DNA of 64,000 bases from Candidatus Eiseniibacteriota bacterium (GTDB lineage: Bacteria > Eisenbacteria > RBG-16-71-46 > CAIMUX01 > JAHJDP01). The stretch's first letter is position 1, and each line of letters opens with the position of its first letter. The DNA is taken from NCBI GenBank assembly GCA_018831195.1, contig JAHJDP010000104.1:4758-68757 (forward strand). Direction: 5' to 3'. The notes below the pieces were generated by a model. That model worked only from the letters and a program-made list of their open reading frames with translations, was not told where the DNA came from and ran no database searches. Below, piece after piece: positions 45,483 to 54,537 of this stretch. The position numbers were made by a program, and so were the translations under genes.

Positions 45483-46610
45483 ATGCGATCCTCATTCATA
45501 CGGGTTCTGGGATTCCTCCTCATTCTTTCCGGAGGGTGCAGTCTAAATCCGGAAAGGAATCCCCAGCCTGAACCGGAGAACAATCCCCCGGTGATCAGTT
45601 CCATTACCATTACCCCTTCCCGCATTCATCGAGGCGAGCAGGGCAATCTTGTGGGGGTGGCGAGTGATGAGGATTTCGATTTTCTTCTTTACCGCTGGTC
45701 GGCCAGCTACGGAATATTCCCCTTTAGACGGGATATCCCGATTGTGACCTATCGGGCTCCCGATAATGTGTCAGCCGATACCGTCTCGTTTTTTGTGTCC
45801 GATATCAGAGACTCGACTGTGAGGGTGCAGGTCATCCGTCTGGTCAATATCGCCCCACCCCAAAATCTCAAGGCGAGCGCCGGCACTCGTTTTGTTGAAG
45901 TGACGTGGGATCCCAGTATCGACAATCGTCTCTATGATTTTCTGGGGTATGAGATCTATGTTTCGGAAAGATCTTTTAACTCCATGCCCCAGGAGGACTG
46001 GGAGGCGTTCAAGATCCCGACCGATCCAATAACCGACAACAAGTATGTGGTGAGAAATCTAGAGCAGGGAACGATCTATTACTTCCAGGTGCGGTCCCTT
46101 CGCGCAACGGGAGAACGCTCTTATTTCAACGGGGAGAAGGATACATCCCCGCTTCCTCAGGGGTTGGGAAGTATCCTTCGTGAAATCAACTACCCGCAAC
46201 CATATGCCCAGGGATTCGATTTTTCCGAGGGTGTGATGCGGACCTTTCGGCCGGATGATCCATCCATAAGAGACGGGATCGATCTTTATATCGGCACCGC
46301 CGATCCGGAGGATGGGCCGGGACCGCTCATGTTCAAAAGCCCCGAACGTCTCGCCTACCGCCACCCCGATTGGGCCGGCCGGCGGGTCCAATTGAAACCG
46401 ATAGGAGACAATTGGTTTGTTTCGGAAACCGATTCCAGCGACTTTGTGACCGCCGTTCCTCTTACAAGCAGGAGCGTCGTCGCGATCCTTCTGCCCGAAG
46501 GTCATTTCGCGAAATTCCAGGTCACCGATTCTCTGGATACGGCCTACCCCTACCGCCAAATTCAGTACCGGTGGGCCTTCCAAACGATCACCGGCTATCC
46601 GAGATTTTGA
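45483..46610 (+). CDS. hypothetical lipoprotein with Ig/PKD-like and fibronectin-III-like domains
   Basis: 375 aa. The N-terminus is MRSSFIRVLGFLLILSGGC (lipobox). The FN3-like segment is PPQNLKASAGTRFVEVTWDPS....GYEIYVS.....GTIYYFQVRSL. The C-terminal roughly 160 aa are unassigned. Confidence 0.6.
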   Translation: MRSSFIRVLGFLLILSGGCSLNPERNPQPEPENNPPVISSITITPSRIHRGEQGNLVGVASDEDFDFLLYRWSASYGIFPFRRDIPIVTYRAPDNVSADTVSFFVSDIRDSTVRVQVIRLVNIAPPQNLKASAGTRFVEVTWDPSIDNRLYDFLGYEIYVSERSFNSMPQEDWEAFKIPTDPITDNKYVVRNLEQGTIYYFQVRSLRATGERSYFNGEKDTSPLPQGLGSILREINYPQPYAQGFDFSEGVMRTFRPDDPSIRDGIDLYIGTADPEDGPGPLMFKSPERLAYRHPDWAGRRVQLKPIGDNWFVSETDSSDFVTAVPLTSRSVVAILLPEGHFAKFQVTDSLDTAYPYRQIQYRWAFQTITGYPRF

Positions 46611-46728
46611 TCGCCTCGGGAGTCCGGCGCGATCGATCTCCCCGCCCTTGCCCCCGTCTCCTTCGCCGGGGTATAGTTAAAGGGCAACGAATTGAGTTTG
46701 CTCATCATCAAAGCAGGGGAGGATTGCC

Positions 46729-48528
46729 ATGTCATCTCGCGCTGTGTCCCTGAGAACCGGGGCGGATTCCCTGTCCGCCTTTACAACAATCATTTTCATC
46801 CTTGGGTTGATCACCCTGTTTCTAGCGCCGGTTTATGCACAGACACCGATGCTTCCGATAGAAGAGATACCGATGGATGAACCCTTCCCCACGGGGCCGG
46901 ATGGAGATCGATCCCGCGTGGTTTGGCCCGATGAACGGATCAATTTCCTGTACGAACTGGATGCCATCGCCTCTTTCCTGGCGATATGGCAGGAGCAAAC
47001 ACCCGGTTCCAATTTCGGCGGAATGATTGAGGCGGAGGCCGGCCCGTTGGGTGGTGTCATACAAACGGATAATACACTCGAGGCGATTAATGTCTGGTCT
47101 TATTACACGGAGTTGACCGGGCGGACCGACTATTTAACAAATATCGCCGACGCCTGGACCTATTGTTTGAACTTTCCTCCTTGGCTGGAGGAAGGCGGCG
47201 ATGGATATTACCGGGTTCATAATTGTGGATGGGCTCTGACGGCTGAAAGCGCCTACCGGAGCGCGACCGGTGATAATACCTACCTCTCTTATGCCGCGAC
47301 CTGCGCCGACTATATCGTCAATACCCCCCTTATCCTGGGCCAGTACGCCCTTATCAACGCATTTCCTCAGGCTTGGGCCGCGGGAAACCTTTATCTCTAT
47401 GGCGAGGAAATGGCGGATGACGGGTGGAAAGCAGCCGCGGTCCAATATGGAGACAACTTATTGAACTGGGTTGAATATAACCCTCCCAGACAGCTCTCAT
47501 CTGAGTATTGGGCGATGTCATCAGGAACCCTTGTTTGGGGATTGTGCAATTCAACATTTAGAGATGATCCAGTCAGTGGACAACTCTGGATTGATCAATA
47601 TGGCGCCCTGGTTGATACATTTCAGGTTTGGTACGATGTCCCGTCCGATTCTTACGATTGGGATAACTCTTGGAATGTCGCCTATGTCAACGCTCATTTC
47701 GCCATGGGAGATCTCTCGGGCGATCCTGCCTACACCACGTTGGGTGAGAAACTCACGCGCCAGCTTCTGTCTTATGACACTGATGATGACGGGGGTATTC
47801 AAGCGACAACGCAGGACCCGGTGACGGAAGATATGACCTGGATTACCAGCTACCTTTCTAAATTCGGGGTCGCCCGGCTGCTCGGCGTGCCGGCGCAGCA
47901 GGATGCGGGGATCCTCTCCTTCCAAATGCCGCATGACGGCGATGTTCTTCCCTATCCCGGCGAGAGTCCGCTTCCCATACAGGTTGTCGCCTCCAACTAT
48001 GGCCTCCAGGATCTCACCAATGTCGACATCACGCTTGAAGGCCCTGTGTCGGGTTTGATCACCATCGATCTCGACTTTGTCGAGAAGGAAGCGGTCGAAC
48101 TGCATCCCGGCTGGCTGCCGGAAGCGCCCGGCGACTATGAATTCACCGTTTATACTTCCGCCGCTGGAGACACTGATCCTTCCAATGATACGCTGCGGAT
48201 CGTCGTGCATGTGATCCCCGCGGCTGAAACACCTGATCCGCCGGTCCTCACGGATCCGATCTGTTCTGTGAAACCGAATCCATCAACCGCCGATTCGTAT
48301 ATCACCTTGCGGATCCCAAGCGGCGCTCCGGTCAACGCCCGGATTATCTCGGTTGATGGACGAAGTGTCCGAACCTGGGATCTGCCCGCTGGAGCCTCCC
48401 GGCAAAAGACCATCTCCTGGGACGGCACGGATGCGGCCGGGTCCGTTGTGGCGCCCGGACTTTACTTTCTAAAAACGCGGATCGGCGGGGTAACATCCAC
48501 GGATAGGATTCTGCGATTGGAAGGCTGA
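46729..48528 (+). CDS. secreted multidomain protein: alpha/alpha-toroid-like region + CARDB-like domain + FlgD-Ig/T9SS-like C-terminal domain
   Basis: 599 aa with GGGGAGGA upstream and an N-terminal signal/anchor. The CARDB-like segment reads PIQVVASNYGLQDLTNVDITL....PGDYEFTVYTSAAGDTDPSNDT. The C-terminal 88 aa (nt 48262-48525) end in PGLYFLKTRIGG...RILRLEG. Confidence 0.65.
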   Translation: MSSRAVSLRTGADSLSAFTTIIFILGLITLFLAPVYAQTPMLPIEEIPMDEPFPTGPDGDRSRVVWPDERINFLYELDAIASFLAIWQEQTPGSNFGGMIEAEAGPLGGVIQTDNTLEAINVWSYYTELTGRTDYLTNIADAWTYCLNFPPWLEEGGDGYYRVHNCGWALTAESAYRSATGDNTYLSYAATCADYIVNTPLILGQYALINAFPQAWAAGNLYLYGEEMADDGWKAAAVQYGDNLLNWVEYNPPRQLSSEYWAMSSGTLVWGLCNSTFRDDPVSGQLWIDQYGALVDTFQVWYDVPSDSYDWDNSWNVAYVNAHFAMGDLSGDPAYTTLGEKLTRQLLSYDTDDDGGIQATTQDPVTEDMTWITSYLSKFGVARLLGVPAQQDAGILSFQMPHDGDVLPYPGESPLPIQVVASNYGLQDLTNVDITLEGPVSGLITIDLDFVEKEAVELHPGWLPEAPGDYEFTVYTSAAGDTDPSNDTLRIVVHVIPAAETPDPPVLTDPICSVKPNPSTADSYITLRIPSGAPVNARIISVDGRSVRTWDLPAGASRQKTISWDGTDAAGSVVAPGLYFLKTRIGGVTSTDRILRLEG

Positions 48529-48562
48529 TGGGAAGGTTGCATAGAAGGTTGAGTGGGAGTTG

Positions 48563-49684
48563 ATGAGATCTTTAAGAGAACCGGTTTTTCGTAAGGGTCA
48601 AAACGCCGCGGCTACCGGGAGGTCCCTATCACAAGGGATCATTCGTTTGATGATCAGCTCGATCCTCCTTCTGGGGTTCTCCGCCGCCGCTGAAATCCCG
48701 GCTCCGGGGGCGGAGATTCCCATCTGGCAAGCGGATCCGACGGCATCCCACACCCTCCTTGTCCTTGTCCCAGGGATGGATCCCGATTGGTGGGGGCGCC
48801 ACGCTGACATCTCCAGGGATCATTTTCTTCGCGGGCTTCTGGCGGCGGCGCCACCCGGCATGACACCCGGCGTGACACCCGGCATGACACCCGGCATGAC
48901 ACCCGGCACGCCACCCGGCGGCGCTGCCGGAACAGCTCCCGGCGCAACGGCCCCGCCATTGATCGCCAGAATTGAGAGTCTCGCCGAAGCGCTACCCCTT
49001 CCGCCCGATTCCCTCTGGTCATCATGGCGGAAAGAATTCCTCCCATCAGGAGAGGGGCTGATCCTCTGTGGGCTGCTTGAGGATCCCCCCAAAACCGGGG
49101 GAGAGCTCTGTCTCTGGGTCTCGAGCCGGTTGCGTGAGATAGCCGACCTCAGTGAGGGTCTGCCCGAGGGAGATCTCATCCGGCCTGAGCGGATCAGAGA
49201 TGAGATCCGGCAGACCGGGGGCATTCTGAGAATCATGCGGGCTGAAGAGGCGCGGGAGATACTGGCCCTGCCCCGCGCCGGTTTGGAGGCTTTTCAAAAC
49301 CTCCCCGCTTCACTGGAAGATCATCCAATGGCCCGTCTCAAGAGGGTCTTTCTTGGAGATAAATTATTTGTTAATGCGGGGCTTTATACGATGTCGGTGT
49401 GCCCATGGAAGCGGGGCGCCCTTCACTTCGGTCTGGTTCAGGCGTATCGGGATGCGATCTTGGAATTCCAGGATGTCATCAATGGGGAAGACCTGGAATC
49501 AGGGGAATTTCTCAAAATGATGAATGAATCCGGAACGCTCATCGCGGATCGGATGGATCGCATGCTTTTCAGCTTATGGAATGAAATCCCCTCAGGCGGA
49601 TCTCTTCAGCTGCTGTGCGGGAACGACACAAGCACGTGGATGATACGTCGAGAGAAGGATTGGCCGGTGGGAGCAAAGAGGTAA
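48563..49684 (+). CDS. hypothetical membrane-anchored protein with (PGxT)n repeat
   Basis: The start is TTG 48560 or ATG 48563. The N-terminal hydrophobic helix is IIRLMISSILLLGFSAAA, followed by the PPGMTPGVTPGMTPGMTPGTPPGG repeat. The rest is unassigned. Its stop lies 12 nt before the rhomboid gene. Confidence 0.55.
   Translation: MRSLREPVFRKGQNAAATGRSLSQGIIRLMISSILLLGFSAAAEIPAPGAEIPIWQADPTASHTLLVLVPGMDPDWWGRHADISRDHFLRGLLAAAPPGMTPGVTPGMTPGMTPGTPPGGAAGTAPGATAPPLIARIESLAEALPLPPDSLWSSWRKEFLPSGEGLILCGLLEDPPKTGGELCLWVSSRLREIADLSEGLPEGDLIRPERIRDEIRQTGGILRIMRAEEAREILALPRAGLEAFQNLPASLEDHPMARLKRVFLGDKLFVNAGLYTMSVCPWKRGALHFGLVQAYRDAILEFQDVINGEDLESGEFLKMMNESGTLIADRMDRMLFSLWNEIPSGGSLQLLCGNDTSTWMIRREKDWPVGAKR
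48854..48913 (+). repeat. 12-nt coding tandem repeat x5
   Basis: Five head-to-tail copies of CCCGGCATGACA (variants CCCGGCGTGACA and CCCGGCACGCCA), encoding PGMT/PGVT/PGTP. Confidence 0.9.
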
Positions 49685-49696
49685 GCGCCGGAATCG

Positions 49697-50431
49697 ATGA
49701 TACCCTTGCGCGACAATATTCCAAGCCGGACGCGTCCGGGCGCCGGGATTGTCCTGATTGCGGTGACGATGATGGTCTTTCTCTATGAATTGAACCTTTC
49801 CCCCCGCGACCTGGAATCTTTTTTTATGACCTATGGGCTTGTGCCCGGCCGGCTGACCGGTCTTCTCCATCCCTCATATTATCCATTCGAGGGTTCCCGA
49901 TACTTGGGTCTTTTCAGCTCGATGTTCCTTCATGCCGGTTGGTTTCACTTTTTGGGAAATATGTGGTTTTTATGGATCTTCGGAGACAATGTCGAGGATC
50001 ATCTCGGCCATCGCCGTTTTGTCATCTTCTATCTGATCTGCGGAGTCGCCGCCGGTTTGGCGCAGATCATCGCGGACCCCGGATCCCATCTGCCGATGGT
50101 CGGCGCCAGCGGCGCCATTGCAGGGGTGATGGGGGCTTATTTTGTCCTCTTTCCGCGCGCCAAGATACTGACCCTGATACCGATTTTTATTATCTTTACC
50201 TGGCTGGAAATCCCGGCCGTCATCTTTCTCGGCATATGGTTTCTCATGCAATTCGTCAATGGAGCGGTGATGTCCGCCGCCAATGTCCAGGGGGGCGTCG
50301 CATTTTGGGCGCATGCCGGCGGGTTTATCGCGGGGATGCTTTTTCTCGGCCTCCTGGGCGGCTGGCGCAAGCCTGATCCGCCGGTGGCGAAGTGGAGCCG
50401 GCAATTCTCCGGCGGCATGCGCGGGTTATGA
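49697..50431 (+). CDS. rhomboid-family intramembrane serine protease
   Basis: 244 aa. It has FLHAGWFHFLGNMWFLWIFG, the catalytic GASGAIAGVMGAYF, and HAGGFIAG (the catalytic His). Confidence 0.9.
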   Translation: MIPLRDNIPSRTRPGAGIVLIAVTMMVFLYELNLSPRDLESFFMTYGLVPGRLTGLLHPSYYPFEGSRYLGLFSSMFLHAGWFHFLGNMWFLWIFGDNVEDHLGHRRFVIFYLICGVAAGLAQIIADPGSHLPMVGASGAIAGVMGAYFVLFPRAKILTLIPIFIIFTWLEIPAVIFLGIWFLMQFVNGAVMSAANVQGGVAFWAHAGGFIAGMLFLGLLGGWRKPDPPVAKWSRQFSGGMRGL

Positions 50432-50504
50432 TAGGTCTTTTATCCCGCCCGTGGCCGCCTGAGGTCATGCGAGCCGGCCTGAAACCGCGGGAGGCCGCAC
50501 AGGG

Positions 50505-53087
50505 TCAGCGAAGAATGAGAATCTTTTGCGACGCCACCGTCGTGGAATGATTCATCATGCGGATCCAATAGACGCCGCTGGAGAGATCGCTCGATGAAAG
50601 CGTCCAAGTATAGGATCCGGGCGACCGATGTCCGAGGTCAAGACTCTCCACACGGCGCCCTCCAACATCCACGAGATCCAATCTGAAATCCCCGGCTTGC
50701 GTTAATTGGTATTGTACATTAAGCGGCGCGCGGGCCGGGGTTTTTGAAAAAATGAAGCGGCGGTTCTCCGGCAAGGGCTGTTCCGGATGGGTTTCCCATT
50801 CCGCCGTCCAAAGTCCTGAGGAATCCGGCTCCGAGTCCGGGGGCGAAGAGGGGGTGGGCACCGGTTTGAGTCTTAGATATCCATTTCCGAGAGAAGAGGG
50901 ACCCCGCATTTGATAGTAGATTCCCGCAACCGCCATCGGAAGTTCGGTCATGAGGTCCAGGGTATCCGGAGGGGCGTTTATGGAGCGGATCTGAACGAAG
51001 CCCGGCGCGCCGAGCCCCTGCCCTTCTCCTCCCCAAGAGAGAAGAATTTCCCCCGTTTGGGATAGCTGAGCCCGCGATCTCTGCGTGATGAGACCATCCG
51101 ACAGCCCCTTCAGCTCGATCGAGACAGACTCCGGCCTGATATCGTAAGAAATCTCCCACCGTTGCGGTGGATGATCCGGTTTAACATAGGTGGAAATCTC
51201 GAGAGTGGTATCCCCTGATGAAGACTCATAGCTTTGCGGATGATCCCGCAAGATGATTTTACCGTCCCCCAGGACCTCCAGACCCCAAGAGAGCTTGTCT
51301 CCCACGGGGAAGGGAAAAAGCAGGGGCAATGCCAGGCGATCCGCCACGGCCAGTTCTACACTCGCCCGGCGGATCAGGAGCCCTCTTTCCTCTAGAATCC
51401 CCCTGACGATGAGAGGCGTCGATCGGGGCGCCGACAGCGGGGGATTTGAGGCCAGCGAGGCCAGGATCTCGGCGGTTTCTACGAAAGAGGACCAGCGGCT
51501 GGTTCGGGCCATGGCGCGCAGAGCTAGATCAAGGGCCGCTTCCTCCCCCAGATGCTGGCGGATATCCCATAGTGCGCCCGCCCATATCAATCCGTCGCTA
51601 TGGGGGCGATCCGTCCAATCATCGGGATAGATCCGGAACTCATCGATCTTGCGGAGGCAGGGCGGAGAATAATAGGTGGCGTCCCACTCGCCGAGGCAGG
51701 GATCGCCGGTATAGGAACAGGCGAGGTAATCGGAGAATCCTTCGCTCAGAGCGATGGTCTGACCCTCGCCAAAACCGGGAACAAGACGGTCATGAACAGC
51801 ATGCCCGAACTCATGAAGAATGATATCGGCATCCTGGGCGTCGGGGACCCCTCCATCCCCAAACTCTATCATTCCTGTTGAGGGGCGGTACCATGAATTG
51901 TCGAGATTAGAGGCGTGGACGCGCACTGGGAAGGGATCCCCGCCCGGCAGCAGGCCCCTTGTCTTAAGATCGTCCGCCGTTTCGGTAATGTGAAAGTAGG
52001 CCATGACCTCTTCGAAACCGGGATGGTAACTTTCAACGATAAACTGAAGATTGGGCCGGAAGGTCCTCGGAGGAAGACCGGTCGTGATGGCGGCATAGCG
52101 GCCGCGCAGCCAGCCCGATCCGTCCAGATGGGTTAAGCGGCGGGTCACGACCCATTCTTCGACAGGATCTCCCCAGCGGATATCGTCATCTCCCGACATA
52201 ACGATTGGATTCGGAGCGAAGACCGAACCGGTGCCCTCATGATCATAGGAGGTGTCGAAAAGGAGGCGGTCTTCCGCCTGGATGACGTCACCGGTTTCCT
52301 CATCGATCCCCAGGAGCCAGTCGGCGGGGGGATCTGAGATTTGTATAAGAACATCCCTGATGCCGATCCATTTCTCCGTGGAGATGTTCCAAAAAGCGCC
52401 GCCCGCCCAGAGTGTGTCGCCCCGAACCGCGTCAAAAGTGATCTTGTTTCGTTCCAACCAGGCCCATGCGGCGCCCAGGATCTTCTCCTCAGAGATCTGA
52501 GCTGTTCCATTGAGGGGCGGGGAGGGCCAGGACTCGATATAGGGTCCCCGGAGGATTTGCAGCCGTCCCGATGCGTCAAAGTCAGCCGAAATCTCCATCC
52601 CCTTCAAGGCCCTCTCCTTCCAATGGAGAGGATAGAGGGCGCGGCCGCCGGTGAGAGAGGTGTGGATCTTCGGCCTCCCAAGGGTCAGCTCGGGGGGGGC
52701 CGGTCCGACATATTCATTAAGAGTGACATCGAGATCGATATCGGCGAAAGCGGTCGATCCGGGTTCCATGAAGAGGCCGGCCGGGAAAGGTCCGGATGTG
52801 GTGGAGGAGGGGGGCAGGAGAAGAGCCCATTCAATGAGACCTTCCTGGTTGTCATGAATGAAGAGAGAGGCTGTTGGCGGATCATTCTGCGACTCGGAGC
52901 CGGTGAAGAACCGATTCCAATAAACTCGGCTCGTGAAAGGTTTTGGCAGACTCAGCGTGAGGAGGACGATTCCCAAAAGAAGCGCCATGCCCAACATCCA
53001 GAGAGACCAACGCCGGTGCGATGGGGGGATGGTGGGGGAGCGATCTTTGAGCATGATATCCGCCGATACTTCTTCTGAGTTTGACAC
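50505..53087 (-). CDS. membrane-anchored thermolysin-clan (M4/M36-like) zinc metalloprotease with FlgD-Ig/T9SS-like C-terminal domain
   Basis: 860 aa. The N-terminal TM is WSLWMLGMALLLGIVLLTL. The active site is HEFGHAVHD followed by SEGFSDY, with the Glu 20 residues after the second His, the same spacing as in thermolysin. The C-terminal 74 aa (nt 50508-50729) end in SGVYWIRMM...QKILILR. The start codon is uncertain because I see no SD. Confidence 0.7.
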   Translation of the reverse strand: MSNSEEVSADIMLKDRSPTIPPSHRRWSLWMLGMALLLGIVLLTLSLPKPFTSRVYWNRFFTGSESQNDPPTASLFIHDNQEGLIEWALLLPPSSTTSGPFPAGLFMEPGSTAFADIDLDVTLNEYVGPAPPELTLGRPKIHTSLTGGRALYPLHWKERALKGMEISADFDASGRLQILRGPYIESWPSPPLNGTAQISEEKILGAAWAWLERNKITFDAVRGDTLWAGGAFWNISTEKWIGIRDVLIQISDPPADWLLGIDEETGDVIQAEDRLLFDTSYDHEGTGSVFAPNPIVMSGDDDIRWGDPVEEWVVTRRLTHLDGSGWLRGRYAAITTGLPPRTFRPNLQFIVESYHPGFEEVMAYFHITETADDLKTRGLLPGGDPFPVRVHASNLDNSWYRPSTGMIEFGDGGVPDAQDADIILHEFGHAVHDRLVPGFGEGQTIALSEGFSDYLACSYTGDPCLGEWDATYYSPPCLRKIDEFRIYPDDWTDRPHSDGLIWAGALWDIRQHLGEEAALDLALRAMARTSRWSSFVETAEILASLASNPPLSAPRSTPLIVRGILEERGLLIRRASVELAVADRLALPLLFPFPVGDKLSWGLEVLGDGKIILRDHPQSYESSSGDTTLEISTYVKPDHPPQRWEISYDIRPESVSIELKGLSDGLITQRSRAQLSQTGEILLSWGGEGQGLGAPGFVQIRSINAPPDTLDLMTELPMAVAGIYYQMRGPSSLGNGYLRLKPVPTPSSPPDSEPDSSGLWTAEWETHPEQPLPENRRFIFSKTPARAPLNVQYQLTQAGDFRLDLVDVGGRRVESLDLGHRSPGSYTWTLSSSDLSSGVYWIRMMNHSTTVASQKILILR

Positions 53088-53144
53088 GCCGGACGAAGAG
53101 GCCTGCCAGCAGGCTGACCGTGACTGTAAACATAATATTACACT

Positions 53145-53174
53145 TATATATGGGGATTTGTCAACGAGGAGTCG
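53145..53174 (-). promoter_or_regulatory. sigma70-like promoter for the metalloprotease gene
   Basis: On the minus strand: TTGACA (53174-53169), an 18-nt spacer, then TAATAT (53150-53145). It lies in a locally AT-rich fbp-protease spacer. Confidence 0.45.
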
Positions 53175-53206
53175 GGTTAATCATTTTTACTATATGGGGT
53201 TATGGA

Positions 53207-54268
53207 TTATTTCTGAAAACACCTGTCTCTAATGAATTGCACCTCTTTCGGGCTACCGATAATCAGGGGCGTTCTCTGATGAAGGCTTGTGGGAATAATG
53301 TCGAGGATATCCGTCTGCCCATCAGTCGCCTCGCCCCCCGCGTGTTTAACAATATGAGCGAGGGGATTCGCCTCAAAAAAGAGTCTCAGCTTGCCGGTGG
53401 GATAGCGGTTGTCGGCGGGGTAGAGAAAAACCCCTCCATAGATGAGGTTGCGGTGAAAATCGGCCACCAGGGACCCAATATAACGGGCTCTATAGGGCTT
53501 TCCCGCGGGGTTTTCATTTCCTTTAAAGGCTGCGATCACCTCTTGGATCGGCTTCTCCCAAATCGAGGTGTTGCCTTCATTCACGCTATAACAGGCTCCG
53601 CTTTCCGGTATGCGGATGTTGGCGTGGGAAAGAAGAAACTCTCCAGCGCTTGGGTCGAGGGTAAAGCCATAGACGCCCTGCCCCGCCGTGTAGACAAGGA
53701 TGGTGCTGGAGCCATAGATGATATATCCGGAGACAATCAAATTTTTTCCCGGCTGATAGAGGTCTTGATCTTCAACCGCATTTCCGGGGGAGCGCTTATT
53801 ATGAATCGCAAAGATCGTTCCGATGGAAGCGTTGACATCGATATTGCTCGACCCATCCAGAGGATCAAAGAAAAGCAGGTAGGAACCGATCTCAAACTCC
53901 TCCGGAACAGGCAGGATTGTCTCCATTTCTTCCGAGGCCATCGCGCAAAGATGCCCTGTATGGCGCACATTCCTGATAATCGTTTCGTTGGCGAAATCGT
54001 CGAGAATCTGCACCTTCTCGCCTTGAACATTCGTCCGGCCGGTCAGTCCCAAAACATCGGCGAGGCCGGCCTTCCTGACATTGCTGCTGATAATCTTCGC
54101 CGCAACCATGATCTCGGTCAGTAAACCGGTCAGTTCCCCCGTCGCCCTGGGAATCTTTTGCTGCTGTTCCGCGACATGTTGCGAGAAGGTCATCCCGATC
54201 GGGTAGTGCGGGTAGCCTGGCATATAGATCGATTTGCGGGGATCTTTTGATGATGGCGGCCGAAGCAT
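53207..54268 (-). CDS. fbp: class 1 fructose-1,6-bisphosphatase
   Basis: The ORF is tracked to 54355. ATG 54268 has GGAGGAAG 7 nt upstream. The conserved core begins at MTFSQHVAEQQ (compare E. coli MKTLGEFIVEKQ). It has ATGELTGLL, DPLDGSSNIDVN and YPAD....GKLRLL.EANP. Confidence 0.9.
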   Translation of the reverse strand: MLRPPSSKDPRKSIYMPGYPHYPIGMTFSQHVAEQQQKIPRATGELTGLLTEIMVAAKIISSNVRKAGLADVLGLTGRTNVQGEKVQILDDFANETIIRNVRHTGHLCAMASEEMETILPVPEEFEIGSYLLFFDPLDGSSNIDVNASIGTIFAIHNKRSPGNAVEDQDLYQPGKNLIVSGYIIYGSSTILVYTAGQGVYGFTLDPSAGEFLLSHANIRIPESGACYSVNEGNTSIWEKPIQEVIAAFKGNENPAGKPYRARYIGSLVADFHRNLIYGGVFLYPADNRYPTGKLRLFFEANPLAHIVKHAGGEATDGQTDILDIIPTSLHQRTPLIIGSPKEVQFIRDRCFQK

Positions 54269-54537
54269 CGGAACTTCCTCCACATGATTCGTGTTGTTCC
54301 CTTGTTGAGGGGGCGCACTGGCGTTGGCCCGTTGATCAAGCGGATCCGCCGCCAAGTCAGATAGTGTCGGAGGAGATCTCCGCCGGGAAGATTTTTCTTG
54401 CGGTTTGGAACGCCCCGACCTACTTTAATGACCTTGTCTAGGGCTCAGTGGCCTTTTCCCGAGGAGGTCACCGATCCACCTTTCCTGAATTGGAGGCAGA
54501 GACGCTGCGGGCCTAGCCGTTTCCAGGGGGTAGATTT

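Noticed and set aside
44607-45625. Two overlapping minus-strand ORFs (241 aa and 176 aa) spanning the second cupin gene and the 45231-45482 spacer
   Set aside because: They are Arg/Pro/Gly-rich with no motifs. They overlap a + strand cupin that has a strong AAGGAG RBS, and they also overlap the promoter and leader of the 45483 gene.
48854-48913. Short repeats as a possible CRISPR array (also 28018-28053 and 60725-60754)
   Set aside because: They are contiguous 12-nt tandem repeats without spacers. Two of the three are in-frame coding repeats. No cas genes are present.
53081-54124. 347-aa ORF on the + strand
   Set aside because: It is antisense to the class 1 fructose-1,6-bisphosphatase gene, whose identity is unambiguous. 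It also starts inside the protease promoter region.
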